From: Longimicrobiales bacterium
GTDB lineage: Bacteria; Gemmatimonadota; Gemmatimonadetes; Longimicrobiales; Gaopeijiaceae
DNA length: 64,000 bases
Reading direction: 5' to 3'
Assembly: GCA_965219445.1 (NCBI GenBank)
Contig: CBDCNQ010000005.1
Location: 480,001 to 544,000, forward strand
The position numbers were made by a program, and so were the translations under genes. Shown piece after piece: positions 42,881 through 52,953 of the stretch. The notes below the pieces were generated by a model. The model ran no database searches and had not been told where the DNA came from. It saw only the letters and a list, made by a program, of their open reading frames with translations. Position 1 is the stretch's first letter; each line of letters starts with the position of its first letter.

Positions 42881-44257
42881 ATTGGCTGTCAACGCCGATT
42901 GAAAATGTCACACTTCGACGGCGGGTGACGAGCCTCTCGATCGTCGTTTTTTCCTTTGCTCTTGCCCTCGTTTTGCGGGGGGGGGGGCTCCGCAGGAGGC
43001 GAGTGGAGCCCTTTGGAGAGCTCGGTGCGATAATGCATCCGGTAGCTGTTACCGCGGAGGTTGACGATGTGGCAGTGGTGCGGAGCCGGTCGAGGAGTGC
43101 TGCGGCCATGACCTCGTCGCCCAGAACCTCGCCTCACTCCTCGAAGCCCTTGTTGGACATGAGCACGGTGGATGTGTACTCGTAGCGCCGGTTGATCAAG
43201 TGGAAGAAGAGCATGGCGCCGGTCTGACTGACCGGTAGGTAGCCAATTTCGTCCACGACCAGGAGCGCGGGATAAGTCAGGGCCTTGAGGCGGTGACCGA
43301 GCCGGCCCGCGGCCTTGGCTTCTTCGAGAGAGGTGATGAGGTCGGCCGGAGCGCCGTTGTAGACACTGCTTCCGCTCCGGGCTGTAGCAGTGGCCAGGCT
43401 GATCGCCTGATGCGTCTTGCCGACGCCCGGAGGGCCGAGGAAGATCACGTTCTCCTTGCGTGCCAGGAACCCGAGCGCGGCATGGACGGGCGTTGGGCCT
43501 GCATGCGCGGATCCGGAAGCCATGATGGCTCGCGAAGCGTAGGAACTCGGCGTTCTCGATACGGCGACCTCCCATGGCTCGCTCATCCTTGATGACTACG
43601 ACGTTCATCTGGTCGAACAGTAGCTCGTGGGGCACACCGCCAAAGAACGAGAACGCCTCTTCAAGACCCTCGAAGACATGCATCGTCTTCCTGAAGAAAA
43701 ACTGTAGCCACACAGGACGCGGGAGAAGCCCAGCACGGCCAGGAACGCATAACGCTTGCCCTAGTGCAGCCGAAAGTCCGCGAAGTCGACCTGACCCTGG
43801 TGGCCCAGCGGCGTCTCAAAGCGGACTACCGGATCCTCAGGCGCCGGGGGCGGACCTTGCGCACTTACTCCTTAAGTTATGTGTATCCACCCCGATGCCT
43901 GCCGCTCGGGTCTCTTCGAGAGCCAGATCGCTGTGAGTCGCGGGTAGGTCTCCAAGGGTACTTCGATGATGCCTGTGTCGGGATCCAGCTTGGTGGACTT
44001 CGGCGATCGAGGCCCCTAGGGGACCGGTTCGTCGTCCGGTCCCGATCCGATCCCCCGGCCTCGATCTCAGCGATAGATCGTGCGTCGATCGAGCTAGGAT
44101 CAAAGGCATCATAGGGGCATGGCGACCGCTACCGGTACCGATCAGCAGCGAAGCAGCCCGAAGACGAAGAGGCGTTCTCCTCCGGGAGCGGGTGCGCGTT
44201 CATCATTATTCGCGCAAGCAAGCAACCCAACCCGTCCTACCCAAGAGGAGGATGCCC

Positions 44258-45313
44258 ATGGAGAGGTATATCGGACTCGACGCACACGCGTCGAGCTGCA
44301 CGCTGGGGATTGTAGGCCCCAGCGGCAAGCGCTTGGGCTCGCAGGTGGTGGAGACGAACGCGCGGGCGCTGATCGAGGTGCTGCGAGGGATTCCGAGGAA
44401 CCGGCACTTATGCCTGGAAGAAGGGACGCTGTCGGGGTGGCTGTACGAGGTGCTGAAGCCGCACGTGGAGGAGCTGACGGTGGCGGGGGTCGGCAAGAGC
44501 CGGGGCCCGAAGACCGACAAGCTGGACGCGTTTGCCCTGGCGGAGAAGCTGCGGATCGGATCACTGGAGACGACGGTCTACAAGAACCGGGGCCAGTTCA
44601 GGCGGCTGGGGGAACGGGCGAAGAGCTACGACTTCTTGGTCGGCGACACGGTGCGGGTGAAGAACCGGCTCAAGAGCGTGCTGCGCTCGAGAGGAGTGGC
44701 CTACGGCGCGGGGCGCTCGGTCTACTTAAAGCGCGACCGGGAGGAGTGGTTGGCCAAGCTGCCGGAAGCGAGCAGGACGACGGCCGGGTTGCTGTACGAG
44801 GAGCACGACGCACTCGTGGCATTGAGGGCGAAGGCCGAGAAGGCGTTGCTGGCGGAAGCACGCAAGCATCGAGAGTGGCATGTGCTGAAGACGTGCCCGG
44901 GTCTGGGTCCGATCCGGACGGCGGAGCTCCTGCCGGTGGTGGTGACGCCGTACCGGTTCCAGAGCCGGAGCAGGTTCTGGGCGTACTGCGGACTGGGCGT
45001 CGTGATGCGGAGCTCGTCGGACTGGGTGCGGGGTCCGGGTGGGCGGTGGGTAAGGGAACCGGTACAGCAGACGCGGGGGCTGAATCGGAACTTCAACCAC
45101 ACGCTGAAGCGTGTGTTCAAGGGCGCAGCGACGACGGTGATCGGTCGGGCCGAGGACGAGCCCTTGTACCGCCACTACGAGCGACTCCTGGAGGGGGGCA
45201 CGAAGCCGAATCTGGCGAAGCTGACGATCGCGCGTCAGCTCGCCTCGATCGTGCTAGCGGTGTGGCGCACGGGCGAAGCGTACGACCCCAAGAGACTGGA
45301 AGCGACGGAGTAA
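44258..45313 (+). CDS. IS110-family DEDD recombinase/transposase
   Basis: YIGLDAH, LEEG, KTDKLDA, CPGLG and AYCGL...RSSS; RBS GAGGAGG upstream. Confidence 0.95.
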   Translation: MERYIGLDAHASSCTLGIVGPSGKRLGSQVVETNARALIEVLRGIPRNRHLCLEEGTLSGWLYEVLKPHVEELTVAGVGKSRGPKTDKLDAFALAEKLRIGSLETTVYKNRGQFRRLGERAKSYDFLVGDTVRVKNRLKSVLRSRGVAYGAGRSVYLKRDREEWLAKLPEASRTTAGLLYEEHDALVALRAKAEKALLAEARKHREWHVLKTCPGLGPIRTAELLPVVVTPYRFQSRSRFWAYCGLGVVMRSSSDWVRGPGGRWVREPVQQTRGLNRNFNHTLKRVFKGAATTVIGRAEDEPLYRHYERLLEGGTKPNLAKLTIARQLASIVLAVWRTGEAYDPKRLEATE

Positions 45314-45384
45314 ACCGGCCTGGGATCGGCGAGCGTGGGGTCGAAAGCGGTCACAACATGGGGTCCGACGAAACGGAAGCGAAC

Positions 45385-45520
45385 CGGTTACAGGGGACAG
45401 CATCCATACACACCGTGGGCCGGGGCAGAGAGCCCAAGCCCCCACTCAAAGGCTATGCACCCCTGGAGAGCCGAACGAAGCGATGGGCCACAGAGTCCCA
45501 GATAGAAGGATGGTTCCCGC
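45385..45520 (+). ncRNA. Putative bridge/seekRNA of the IS110 element
   Basis: Nested stems enclose TACACACC and TCAAAGG (match the target); a second loop carries ATAGAAGG (matches the element's right end). Transcript ends unknown. Confidence 0.8.
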
Positions 45521-45679
45521 TCCAGAGCGGAGAACGCGACGGCTGTGAACGTCTTCCGGACTGCGATGCGGACCCTGCGAGCGCACCCCTCCCCACCCTG
45601 AGTCGTCGACCGGGCAATCCAAACCATGCGGACGCCGACGGTCAAAAAATGAGCCGACGGCGCGTGGGGAAGGTGCGTC

Positions 45680-45685
45680 TTGACC
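45680..45685 (+). promoter_or_regulatory. Outward -35 box of a circle-junction promoter
   Basis: TTGACC lies exactly 17 bp from CATCAT (44107-44112) once the ends are joined through AAGG. Confidence 0.65.
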
Positions 45686-47328
45686 GCCAGCCCCATAGAA
45701 GGGTGTGTAAAAAGAGAGGCGACGTACCTTTGCGCTGAGATTTAAACCAGCGAGCCCGGGTGACAGCCCGGGGAAAGGAACGTCGCCTCATGAGAGAGGA
45801 TATCGCGGGACCCCAGGGTGCGTCCAGCAGGCTGATGTGGGAGACGCTCGAGGGGATGGTTAGGGAGAAGGCGCAGGAGTTCATCCAACAGATCATGGAG
45901 GAGGAAGTCACGGAGTTGTTAGGCCGGGAGAGGTCAGAGCGCAGGAGTACGGTGGACTCGGCCGAGGGCTACCGCAACGGATATGGCAAGCCGAGGCGGT
46001 TGGCGATGAGCTCGGGCACGATCACACTCCGACGCCCTCGGGTTCGGGGCGTCGAGGAGCGGTTCGAGAGTCGGGTGCTGCCGTTGTTCGCGAGGCGGAC
46101 GAAGGAGCTGGGCGCTCTGCTTCCGGAGCTGTATCTGCACGGACTGGCAGAGGGAGACTTCGAGCTGGCGATGCGGGGACTGCTAGGCGAGGGGGCACCG
46201 CTGTCGAAGTCTTCGATTCGGAGACTGCGGGCGGGATGGACGGCGGAGTTCGAGGAATGGAGCCAGCGTCGCCTGGAGGGCCGTGAGGTCGTCTACGTAT
46301 GGGCGGACGGGATCTACGTGAAGGCAGGGCTCGAGCGGGACAAGGCGGCGCTGCTGGTGGTGCTGGGCGCGATGCGAGACGGGACGAAGGAGGTGTTGGC
46401 CCTGAGATCGGGCTACCGAGAGTCGGTCGAGTCCTGCTCCGAGGTGTTGCGGGATCTGAAGGCACGCGGCATCGAGGCGCCCCGGCTTCTGATGGCGGAC
46501 GGTAACGCGGCGATCTGGGGCGCAGTACGGGCAGGTATGGCCTGAGGCGGGCGAGCAACGGTGCTGGAACCACAAGATGAGGAACGTGCTGGACCGGCTG
46601 CCGCAGCGGGAGCAGAGCGAGGCGAAGGATCTTCTCAGGGCCGTGGTCTACGCACCGAGCCGGGCCGAGGCTGTGAAGGCCCGCGAAGTGTTCGCCAGGC
46701 GCTACAGGCCGTGGTATCCGAAGGCGGTGGACGTACTCGAGGACGACTGGGAGCGGATGGTGGCGTTCTACGACTTCCCCGAGGATCACTGGAAGCATCT
46801 ACGCACGACGAACGTGGTCGAGAGCCCGTTCGCTGCGCTACGGCTCAGGACGACGGCGGCGAAGCGATTCAAGCGGGTCGAGAGCGCTACGGCGCTGATC
46901 TGGAAGTTGCTCTTGGTGGCCGAGAAGCGGTTCCGAAGGCTCGACGCTCCTCACCTCCTCAAGGACGTGTTTGAAGGAAGGAAGTTCGAAGACGGAAAGC
47001 CCGTCTCAACCCAACAGCGGAAGAATGCCGCCTGATACGTTTACACACCTATTGACCCAACCTCCGTCGATCAACGCCCAGGTCACTCGCCAGGGCTGCC
47101 TTCGACATGCCTTGTTCGAGATAGTGTCTGAGCAACACATGCTCCTCTGTTCCGTACATCGCGCCTCCGACGTGTGGGTAGAGTCGCAAAGATGGAGGAT
47201 CGACGCGTGGGCGCTCAGTTAGTAGAGCTTACGCTCGGCGCCTCGCAGCCCGACCTACAGGACCGCGGAGTGTGACATTTTCGTCCGCCACTTCTGTGTA
47301 AGCGCTTAGTCCGCCGCTAACGATTAGC

Positions 47329-47470
47329 GAGTGCAAACTCCTCGAGCAGAAAAGCTCGCGGAACCAGCTCGAGGCGCGGATGGCCGTGTTGGACTTCATC
47401 GAGGCCTAGTATGATCCCCACCGATGACACTCCGCTCTCGGGCATGGGTCACCCCTTGATTACGACAAGG
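47329..47470 (+). mobile_element. Short IS3-family orfB C-terminal remnant
   Basis: EARMAVLDFIEA*YDPHR*HSALG, with stop codons. Confidence 0.6.
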
Positions 47471-47514
47471 AAGCACACACCGCACCTATCGATAACCCCA
47501 GCATCGAGGTAGCC

Positions 47515-48855
47515 TTGAAGCACTTACGGGTCCGCCCGCTCAAAGGACCAATCGGTGGAAGCATCGAAGTGCCCAGATCCAAACCGGAAACCCAGCGCGC
47601 CATCCTGGCCGCCTCTCTTGCGGAGGGCTCGTCGATCATCCATGGCGATCTAAGGTGTGAGGAGACTCTGGCCATGCGGACGGCGGTGTCGGCGCTTGGG
47701 GCTCATGTGAAGGTAGATCACGGTGCCCTGTGGGTAACAGGAACATCACGGCCGGCCGCGCCGGCATCAGTGATACATTGCGGTGGTTCTGCGCTGGTGT
47801 TTCGTACAATGCTTGCGCTTGCATCATATAGTGGGGCGCCGACCATTCTGAGTGGAGACCACACGCTCCGATTGCGGCCGATGGCACCACTTTTCAGTTC
47901 GCTAGGTGAACTAGGGGCGGTGGTGGAGGAAATCTCGGAAGCCGGATGCGCCCCGGCAGTCAATTGGGGCAGGGGGCTGCGCGGCGGACACGCGTATCTG
48001 CCACCCGACGTAAGCTCACAGTTCCTCACGGCGCTTTTGTTTGCCGCGCCGCTTGCCGAGCGTAGGCTCATTCTCTCCGTAGGACAGCCTTTGCGTTCAC
48101 GATCGTACGTTGATCAAACGATCGTTGCTCTAGCACGTGCTGGTATCACGGTCGAAGTGTCCTCCTCCAATAGTATCTACTGTGTCGAGCCGGGACCGTA
48201 CAGGCCTTTTGAGGTAGGAATCGGCGGCGATTTCACATCCGCGTCATACCTGATGCTGCTTGCATCCCTTTTCCCTGGCAGTTCTTTGACCTTGAGGGGG
48301 CTCGAGGAGGATAGCCTCCAGGGGGAGCGACTCATGCTGGACGCTTTGGAGGCAGTCGGCGCAAAAGTGGGTTTCAACCGAAAGGACGAATGCCAGATTG
48401 AGGTCTCCAATGAACTCCAAGGAGACCTGGAACTAGACCTGTCTAATGGGCCGAATGTGTTCCCGACACTCGCGGTATTGGGTGCCTTCATACCTGGCAC
48501 AACGGTGCTTGTCGGAGCGCGACTAACGAACGATCACAAGTGTCCGAGGATCACCGCGGTGGCGGAGGAGCTGAGGCGCTTCGGGGTCAAATTGTCGCTG
48601 ATCTACGATGGAAACAGCTTGGACGGGTTGCGGATTCAGGGTCGTCGAGACTACAAGGGAGACGCCATACTTGATAGCCACGGTGACCACAGATTGCTAA
48701 TGGCCTTGGCGGTTGCGTGTACTCGAATGTCGAGAGCTACGTCGGTGACGGGATCCACTCTGGTCGCTCAGTCCTACCCGAACTTCTATAGGCATCTCAC
48801 AAGACTGGGAGTGCAACTCGCCGATGAACCGTTGCTGACTCCACCGGCAAGCTAG
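47515..48855 (+). CDS. EPSP-synthase-like enolpyruvyl-transferase-fold protein with an altered active site
   Basis: PRSKPETQRA, LRLRPM, SSQFLTALL, SHGDHRLLMA and SYPNF present; KETDR replaced by HKCPR. Confidence 0.88.
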   Translation: MKHLRVRPLKGPIGGSIEVPRSKPETQRAILAASLAEGSSIIHGDLRCEETLAMRTAVSALGAHVKVDHGALWVTGTSRPAAPASVIHCGGSALVFRTMLALASYSGAPTILSGDHTLRLRPMAPLFSSLGELGAVVEEISEAGCAPAVNWGRGLRGGHAYLPPDVSSQFLTALLFAAPLAERRLILSVGQPLRSRSYVDQTIVALARAGITVEVSSSNSIYCVEPGPYRPFEVGIGGDFTSASYLMLLASLFPGSSLTLRGLEEDSLQGERLMLDALEAVGAKVGFNRKDECQIEVSNELQGDLELDLSNGPNVFPTLAVLGAFIPGTTVLVGARLTNDHKCPRITAVAEELRRFGVKLSLIYDGNSLDGLRIQGRRDYKGDAILDSHGDHRLLMALAVACTRMSRATSVTGSTLVAQSYPNFYRHLTRLGVQLADEPLLTPPAS

Positions 48856-49043
48856 ATTTGTCCCATCGTGACCCGACTTAGATTGAATCCGATCTCCTTC
48901 GTGCTCGGAAATTGACTCTTCTTCCAGCATCGCCCGAAACTAGGCCTTACCCTCTGTGAGTGGCGGATTATTTCGACTTTAGGATCTGTACAGATCCGGA
49001 TAGCAACGGCTAACCAGAGACCGTCTCGCTTGACCATTGGTGA

Positions 49044-49661
49044 ACTGCCAATCATCTGCGAAGGACTTGATCGACCCCGGCTGTATACTCAACCGACACG
49101 GATCCCCCGAGAATGTCAGCTTATCGAAGGGGATCCGCAATACCGAGGCCGCGAGCCTTTGAGTAGGCCTCCTTGAGAGTCCAAAGTACCGTGAATCGGT
49201 CCAGCCGGTGGCGCGGCCGGTAGCTTTACGAAATCGTCAAACTCGATGCTACGCAGCACTGTGCCAGCTAAAGCGTGTATGTCGGAGACCTGGCCTTTGG
49301 CTTGCACGTCGATCCCGCAATCGATTTCGGTGGTAACGACGCAGGCTACATGCCTGGCCGTGTGAGAGATATTGAATCTCATCCTAGGGGTCAGAACCGG
49401 ATGGGCGATCTCTGGACGCCCCGTGTGAAGTTCGTCGAAGCTCCATGACGAAACGGCACTCAGGGACAACATGTTGTCAGAGCGGCGCCGCGCGAGCGTG
49501 GGGCTGGGGCTCTAGGGCAGGCATGATCCGTCATCTTCGCAGGGAATCTCCCCGGGAACAGCGTACGAGGGATGTGTCCGGGAGCGAAGGCCAAGGGAAG
49601 TTGATGTTCGTCCCGCGACTCTGCGTCCGAAACCCGACCCGACCCGAGTGAGCCATGGCAT
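49044..49661 (-). pseudogene. Frameshifted Sfp-type PPTase remnant (copy 2)
   Basis: Same sequence as 4083-4700. Ends approximate. Confidence 0.75.
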
Positions 49662-49674
49662 GGGGACCCGAACT

Positions 49675-50619
49675 CTAGCAGGCCTTGAAATTGTATCCCC
49701 GTGTCGTCGCAGTCACCGAACGATTGTGGTGATAGTCGTCGCGACCACTCACCAGTACGACGCCGTACTTTTCGAGATTGACCCTGTCACCGAACTCCTC
49801 TAGGAACATCGTGTCCGGATAGACTGCTACGCATGGCGGGACGTACCGCGCTGCGAATCCGAGACGCATCATTCGTGTCTTCCCTGCATGAGGATGCGAC
49901 GCATGCATCAGTGTGGACCAGAACATCACCGCTTCCCCCGGGCGCATCACGATTGATACAGCCAGCGATTCATCAGGCATCCACTCAGGATCCAACTGCA
50001 ACTCACGGTAGTCATATCCAAAAAACCCCCTCCGGACTCCGCGCTTATCGATCATGTTTATGTCCTGCGGCGAGTAATGCATGCCCTTCGACTCGTCGTA
50101 GAACATCCGCTCATGCGTGCCGGGCACGAATTGGAGGCAACCCGTCTCCTCATTCGAGTCCGTGAACGCCGTCCATACAGTGATGGTCCCTCCGAATTTC
50201 TTGAGGTGTTCCGGCCAGACGATCTGAGGCTTGCCCGAAGCATTCGCAAACGTGTCTGCCTGGTGCCAGTCCGTACCTTCGTCGCCGGGATACTTGGCAA
50301 AGAACTCAGTGCGCCAGCAAACGATGTCCGGACCTAATGCGCCCTGCACCCGGCTGATAATCCCCGGGTGACAAACATGGTCCGCAAGTAGCTCACAGTC
50401 GAGATGGCGATCGTAGTTCATGATGGTACTCTTCGGCGAAGAGTGGTTCTGCCCCGAGTAAACCGCGAAAGTCCGATCGAGTAGCTCAATGCGCTGTCGC
50501 TGCCAGCGGGTCCGCATCTCCTCCGGCTCATAGAGCTTGAATGGCCCGAGATACCCCTGCTCCTGGAATCGCGCGTGATCCTCCGCAGTCAGTGCACCCA
50601 ACATGTCAGTGTCGCTCAT
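49675..50619 (-). CDS. syrB2: SyrB2/CmaB-type non-heme Fe(II)/2-oxoglutarate aliphatic halogenase
   Basis: [39 protein letters not shown] (HxA halogenase motif), [22 protein letters not shown] and TTRG closely follow Pseudomonas SyrB2 as I recall it. Confidence 0.93.
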   Translation of the reverse strand: MSDTDMLGALTAEDHARFQEQGYLGPFKLYEPEEMRTRWQRQRIELLDRTFAVYSGQNHSSPKSTIMNYDRHLDCELLADHVCHPGIISRVQGALGPDIVCWRTEFFAKYPGDEGTDWHQADTFANASGKPQIVWPEHLKKFGGTITVWTAFTDSNEETGCLQFVPGTHERMFYDESKGMHYSPQDINMIDKRGVRRGFFGYDYRELQLDPEWMPDESLAVSIVMRPGEAVMFWSTLMHASHPHAGKTRMMRLGFAARYVPPCVAVYPDTMFLEEFGDRVNLEKYGVVLVSGRDDYHHNRSVTATTRGYNFKAC

Positions 50620-50730
50620 TGTTCACCCTTCCTTCCACCCTGGCGGGAACAGGACTCGTGTCGCCGTGCACCCCTTAGAATAACGACTGGAGCGTGTGGC
50701 GTCATCCTGATCCCTTGAGCACTGGGCAGC

Positions 50731-51579
50731 CTAGTGGTACATGAACTGACCGCCGTTGACGTGAAGGGCCTGACCAGTGATGAAGGATCCGCCATCACCA
50801 GCGAGAAACACGCAGGCCATGGCGACGTCCTCGACGCGTCCGATTTTTTTCATCGGTATCTGCCGGAGACGTATCTGCAACCAGTCCCTTGGATACTGGC
50901 TCCAATCTCGCTCCGTGTCGATCGATCCCGGAGAGACTGTGTTGGCCGTTATGCCACAGGCTGCGAACTCGATCGAAATAGCCTTTGTGAGAGCGTGTAA
51001 CCCTGCCTTGGAGACGATGTTGTGCGCACGGGCCTCGATGTGCCCCGCAAAGCCGTCCTCACCGGCAATATGGATGATCCGTCCCCGCCTGGATTCTATC
51101 ATTCCGGGGAGGACAGCCCTAGCGAGGTAGAACGCCGCGTTGAGGTTGGTGTTAAGCGTGTCGTTCCAGTCCTTCAACGAAATCTCGAGAAACGGCTGAC
51201 GCCGCCGTTTCCCGACGTTCGAGACTGCAATGTCCACCCTTCCGAAACGGCGCTCCGCCGCATCAACCATCTTTAGGACTTGATCCGGGTCACCGACGTC
51301 GGCGAGATGTTTCACCGCCACGCCACCGTCTTCTCCGATCTTCCGCACGACTTGATCCAGCGCGGCCACGTCGCGGCGCCCGTTAACAACGATGTTCGCG
51401 CCAGCACGAGCCAGACCCAATGCTATCGCCCGACCAATGTTCCGACCAGCGCCAGTCACGATGGCAGTCCGTCCTGCCAGCTGCGGCCCTCCACCGTTGT
51501 CTCCAGGCGAATCTGTCAACCCGCTCCCTGTGGCAGTCACGCGCTTATAGCCTTCTCTGATATGACCCTCGAGGAACAT
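50731..51579 (-). CDS. SDR oxidoreductase
   Basis: TGAGRNIG, RFGRVD, VSPG and ITGQALHVNGG; the YxxxK motif appears as NIVSK. Confidence 0.88.
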   Translation of the reverse strand: MFLEGHIREGYKRVTATGSGLTDSPGDNGGGPQLAGRTAIVTGAGRNIGRAIALGLARAGANIVVNGRRDVAALDQVVRKIGEDGGVAVKHLADVGDPDQVLKMVDAAERRFGRVDIAVSNVGKRRRQPFLEISLKDWNDTLNTNLNAAFYLARAVLPGMIESRRGRIIHIAGEDGFAGHIEARAHNIVSKAGLHALTKAISIEFAACGITANTVSPGSIDTERDWSQYPRDWLQIRLRQIPMKKIGRVEDVAMACVFLAGDGGSFITGQALHVNGGQFMYH

Positions 51580-51609
51580 CGTGGTCGCGCGGAAAGATCC
51601 ATGGACGTC

Positions 51610-52953
51610 TCAGCAGCCGACCAACCGCGCATATTCCTTGATCGAGCCGACATCGAAGTTCTGCAGCGCGTCGAACAGCGACGCCGTGTTCCCTTGGCCC
51701 AGAACGGGCTCGACGAGTTGCTCGAACTTCGCCTTGACTTGCCTCCAGTTCATGGGGTTCTGAGGATCACCCGGCGCCACGGATTTGCCGGACTTCAGTG
51801 ACGTGTCATCGGCCAGGCGGACCTCGATCCAGGCGGAACTTCTATCACATGTGTCGTCTGTCAGCAGCTCTGTTCGCTGCACCAGAGCGCGGAGAGTCGG
51901 GTCCAGCACCTTTTCGTCTGAGAAGTCGGCCACGGTTCCTCGATGGCCGGTAAGGCCAAGTGCAGCGCAGTACGCGGCGGAAAATTTTCCTTCGAGGCCG
52001 GTCTCCGGCGCCATCTTACCCGCGATGCACCGTGTCACGGGGCTGATCCAGATCCGGATCCCAGATATTTCTCTCCCCTTCACTTGATTGGATAAGTCGA
52101 GCGCGGATTCAATCACTGGGTGGGTCAGTCTGCAACATGCGTACAGTTTAGGGGCGTTCTGCATCAGCTCCCAGTCTCCGTGGGGATTGAACACCTGAAC
52201 TGGTACGGACCTATCCTGCACCAGCGCGGTTACCAAAGGTCCTGCCGGCTCCAATACGTCGGCGGCGGCTACGAAGCCTTGCGCAGCAAGCTCAGCTGCG
52301 ATTACACCATTCATCGCTGCCTTGCCGGCATGTAGTGGCTTCGCCATGGTGCCGAAAGAGGCAACCAGACCGCCCGTCTGTGTTGCGGCCGCTCCTAGGG
52401 CGTTCCGAATGCCGTCTTCATCTAGGTTGAGTACGATGCCCGCGGCAGCCGCCGACGCAAGACATCCCAGCACTCCGGTCGAATGCAGACCTCGAATGTT
52501 CAGGGCGGGACCGAGGCCATTGCGGCCGAGCCTCGCACCGATCTCGAACCCTCCGATGAACGCAGAGAGGATGTCTCGTTCTTCGGCTCCCGTATGTAGC
52601 CCTAGAGCGAGCGCCACGCTCCACACGGGGTTGCTGAGATGCGCGGCAGAGCTGGCGTGCGTGTCGTCGTAGTCGAGAGAGTGGCCCATTGTTGCGTTCA
52701 CGAGCGCGGCCGCGACGGGAGCTACGCGTCCACCGCATAGGATTTGCGCCTCTCCGCTGGTACTCCAGCCGAGGGCGACCTGGCGGGCGAACTGCGCTGC
52801 TGGCTCCGCGTGCCCTCCGATCGCGACCCCGATGCTATCAGCGAGGCTCCGGCGCGCGACGTCAACAACCTCGGGAGGGAAGCTCATTTCCTTTACCGAA
52901 GCGACAAACCGACTCGCGACTTCGGTGCTCGTGGAACTTGAATTTGATTTCAC
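51610..52953 (-). CDS. MmgE/PrpD-family protein
   Basis: HSLDYDDTH, HLS, GTMAKPLHAG, KLYACCRLTH, GKFS and GDPQNPM. Start chosen at GTG 52953. Confidence 0.92.
   Translation of the reverse strand: MKSNSSSTSTEVASRFVASVKEMSFPPEVVDVARRSLADSIGVAIGGHAEPAAQFARQVALGWSTSGEAQILCGGRVAPVAAALVNATMGHSLDYDDTHASSAAHLSNPVWSVALALGLHTGAEERDILSAFIGGFEIGARLGRNGLGPALNIRGLHSTGVLGCLASAAAAGIVLNLDEDGIRNALGAAATQTGGLVASFGTMAKPLHAGKAAMNGVIAAELAAQGFVAAADVLEPAGPLVTALVQDRSVPVQVFNPHGDWELMQNAPKLYACCRLTHPVIESALDLSNQVKGREISGIRIWISPVTRCIAGKMAPETGLEGKFSAAYCAALGLTGHRGTVADFSDEKVLDPTLRALVQRTELLTDDTCDRSSAWIEVRLADDTSLKSGKSVAPGDPQNPMNWRQVKAKFEQLVEPVLGQGNTASLFDALQNFDVGSIKEYARLVGC

Larger units (their letters stand above)
44103..45702 (+). 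mobile_element. IS110-family (IS1111-like) element
   Basis: AAGG at both junctions (44103-44106, 45699-45702); imperfect sub-terminal IRs CATAGGGGCATGGCG / CGCCAGCCCCATAG; long 3' non-coding end. Confidence 0.92.
44091..47064 (+). mobile_element. IS256-family element, copy 2 (left IR split by IS110)
   Basis: Same proteins as copy 1 (45760-46545 and 46577-47035); 8-bp duplication CGTCGATC at 44083-44090 and 47065-47072. Confidence 0.95.
42887..47322 (-). mobile_element. Decayed IS21-family element hosting nested IS256 and IS110
   Basis: End TGTCAACGCCGATTGAAAATGTCACACTT. istB and istA fragments at 43000-44082; the istA 5' end (MYGTEEHVLLRHYLEQG) resumes at 47073-47160. Flanks are ATTGGC / ATTAGC. 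Confidence 0.85.
48961..50729. repeat. About 1.77-kb segment duplicated in inverted orientation at 1304-6900 (IS-interrupted there)
   Basis: Direct reverse-complement match with only a few visible differences. Confidence 0.93.

Noticed and set aside
44119..45738. 539-aa ORF spanning the IS110 element
   Set aside because: Alternate frame of the transposase, low-complexity Gly/Ala/Arg; the 3' part is better explained as structured RNA.
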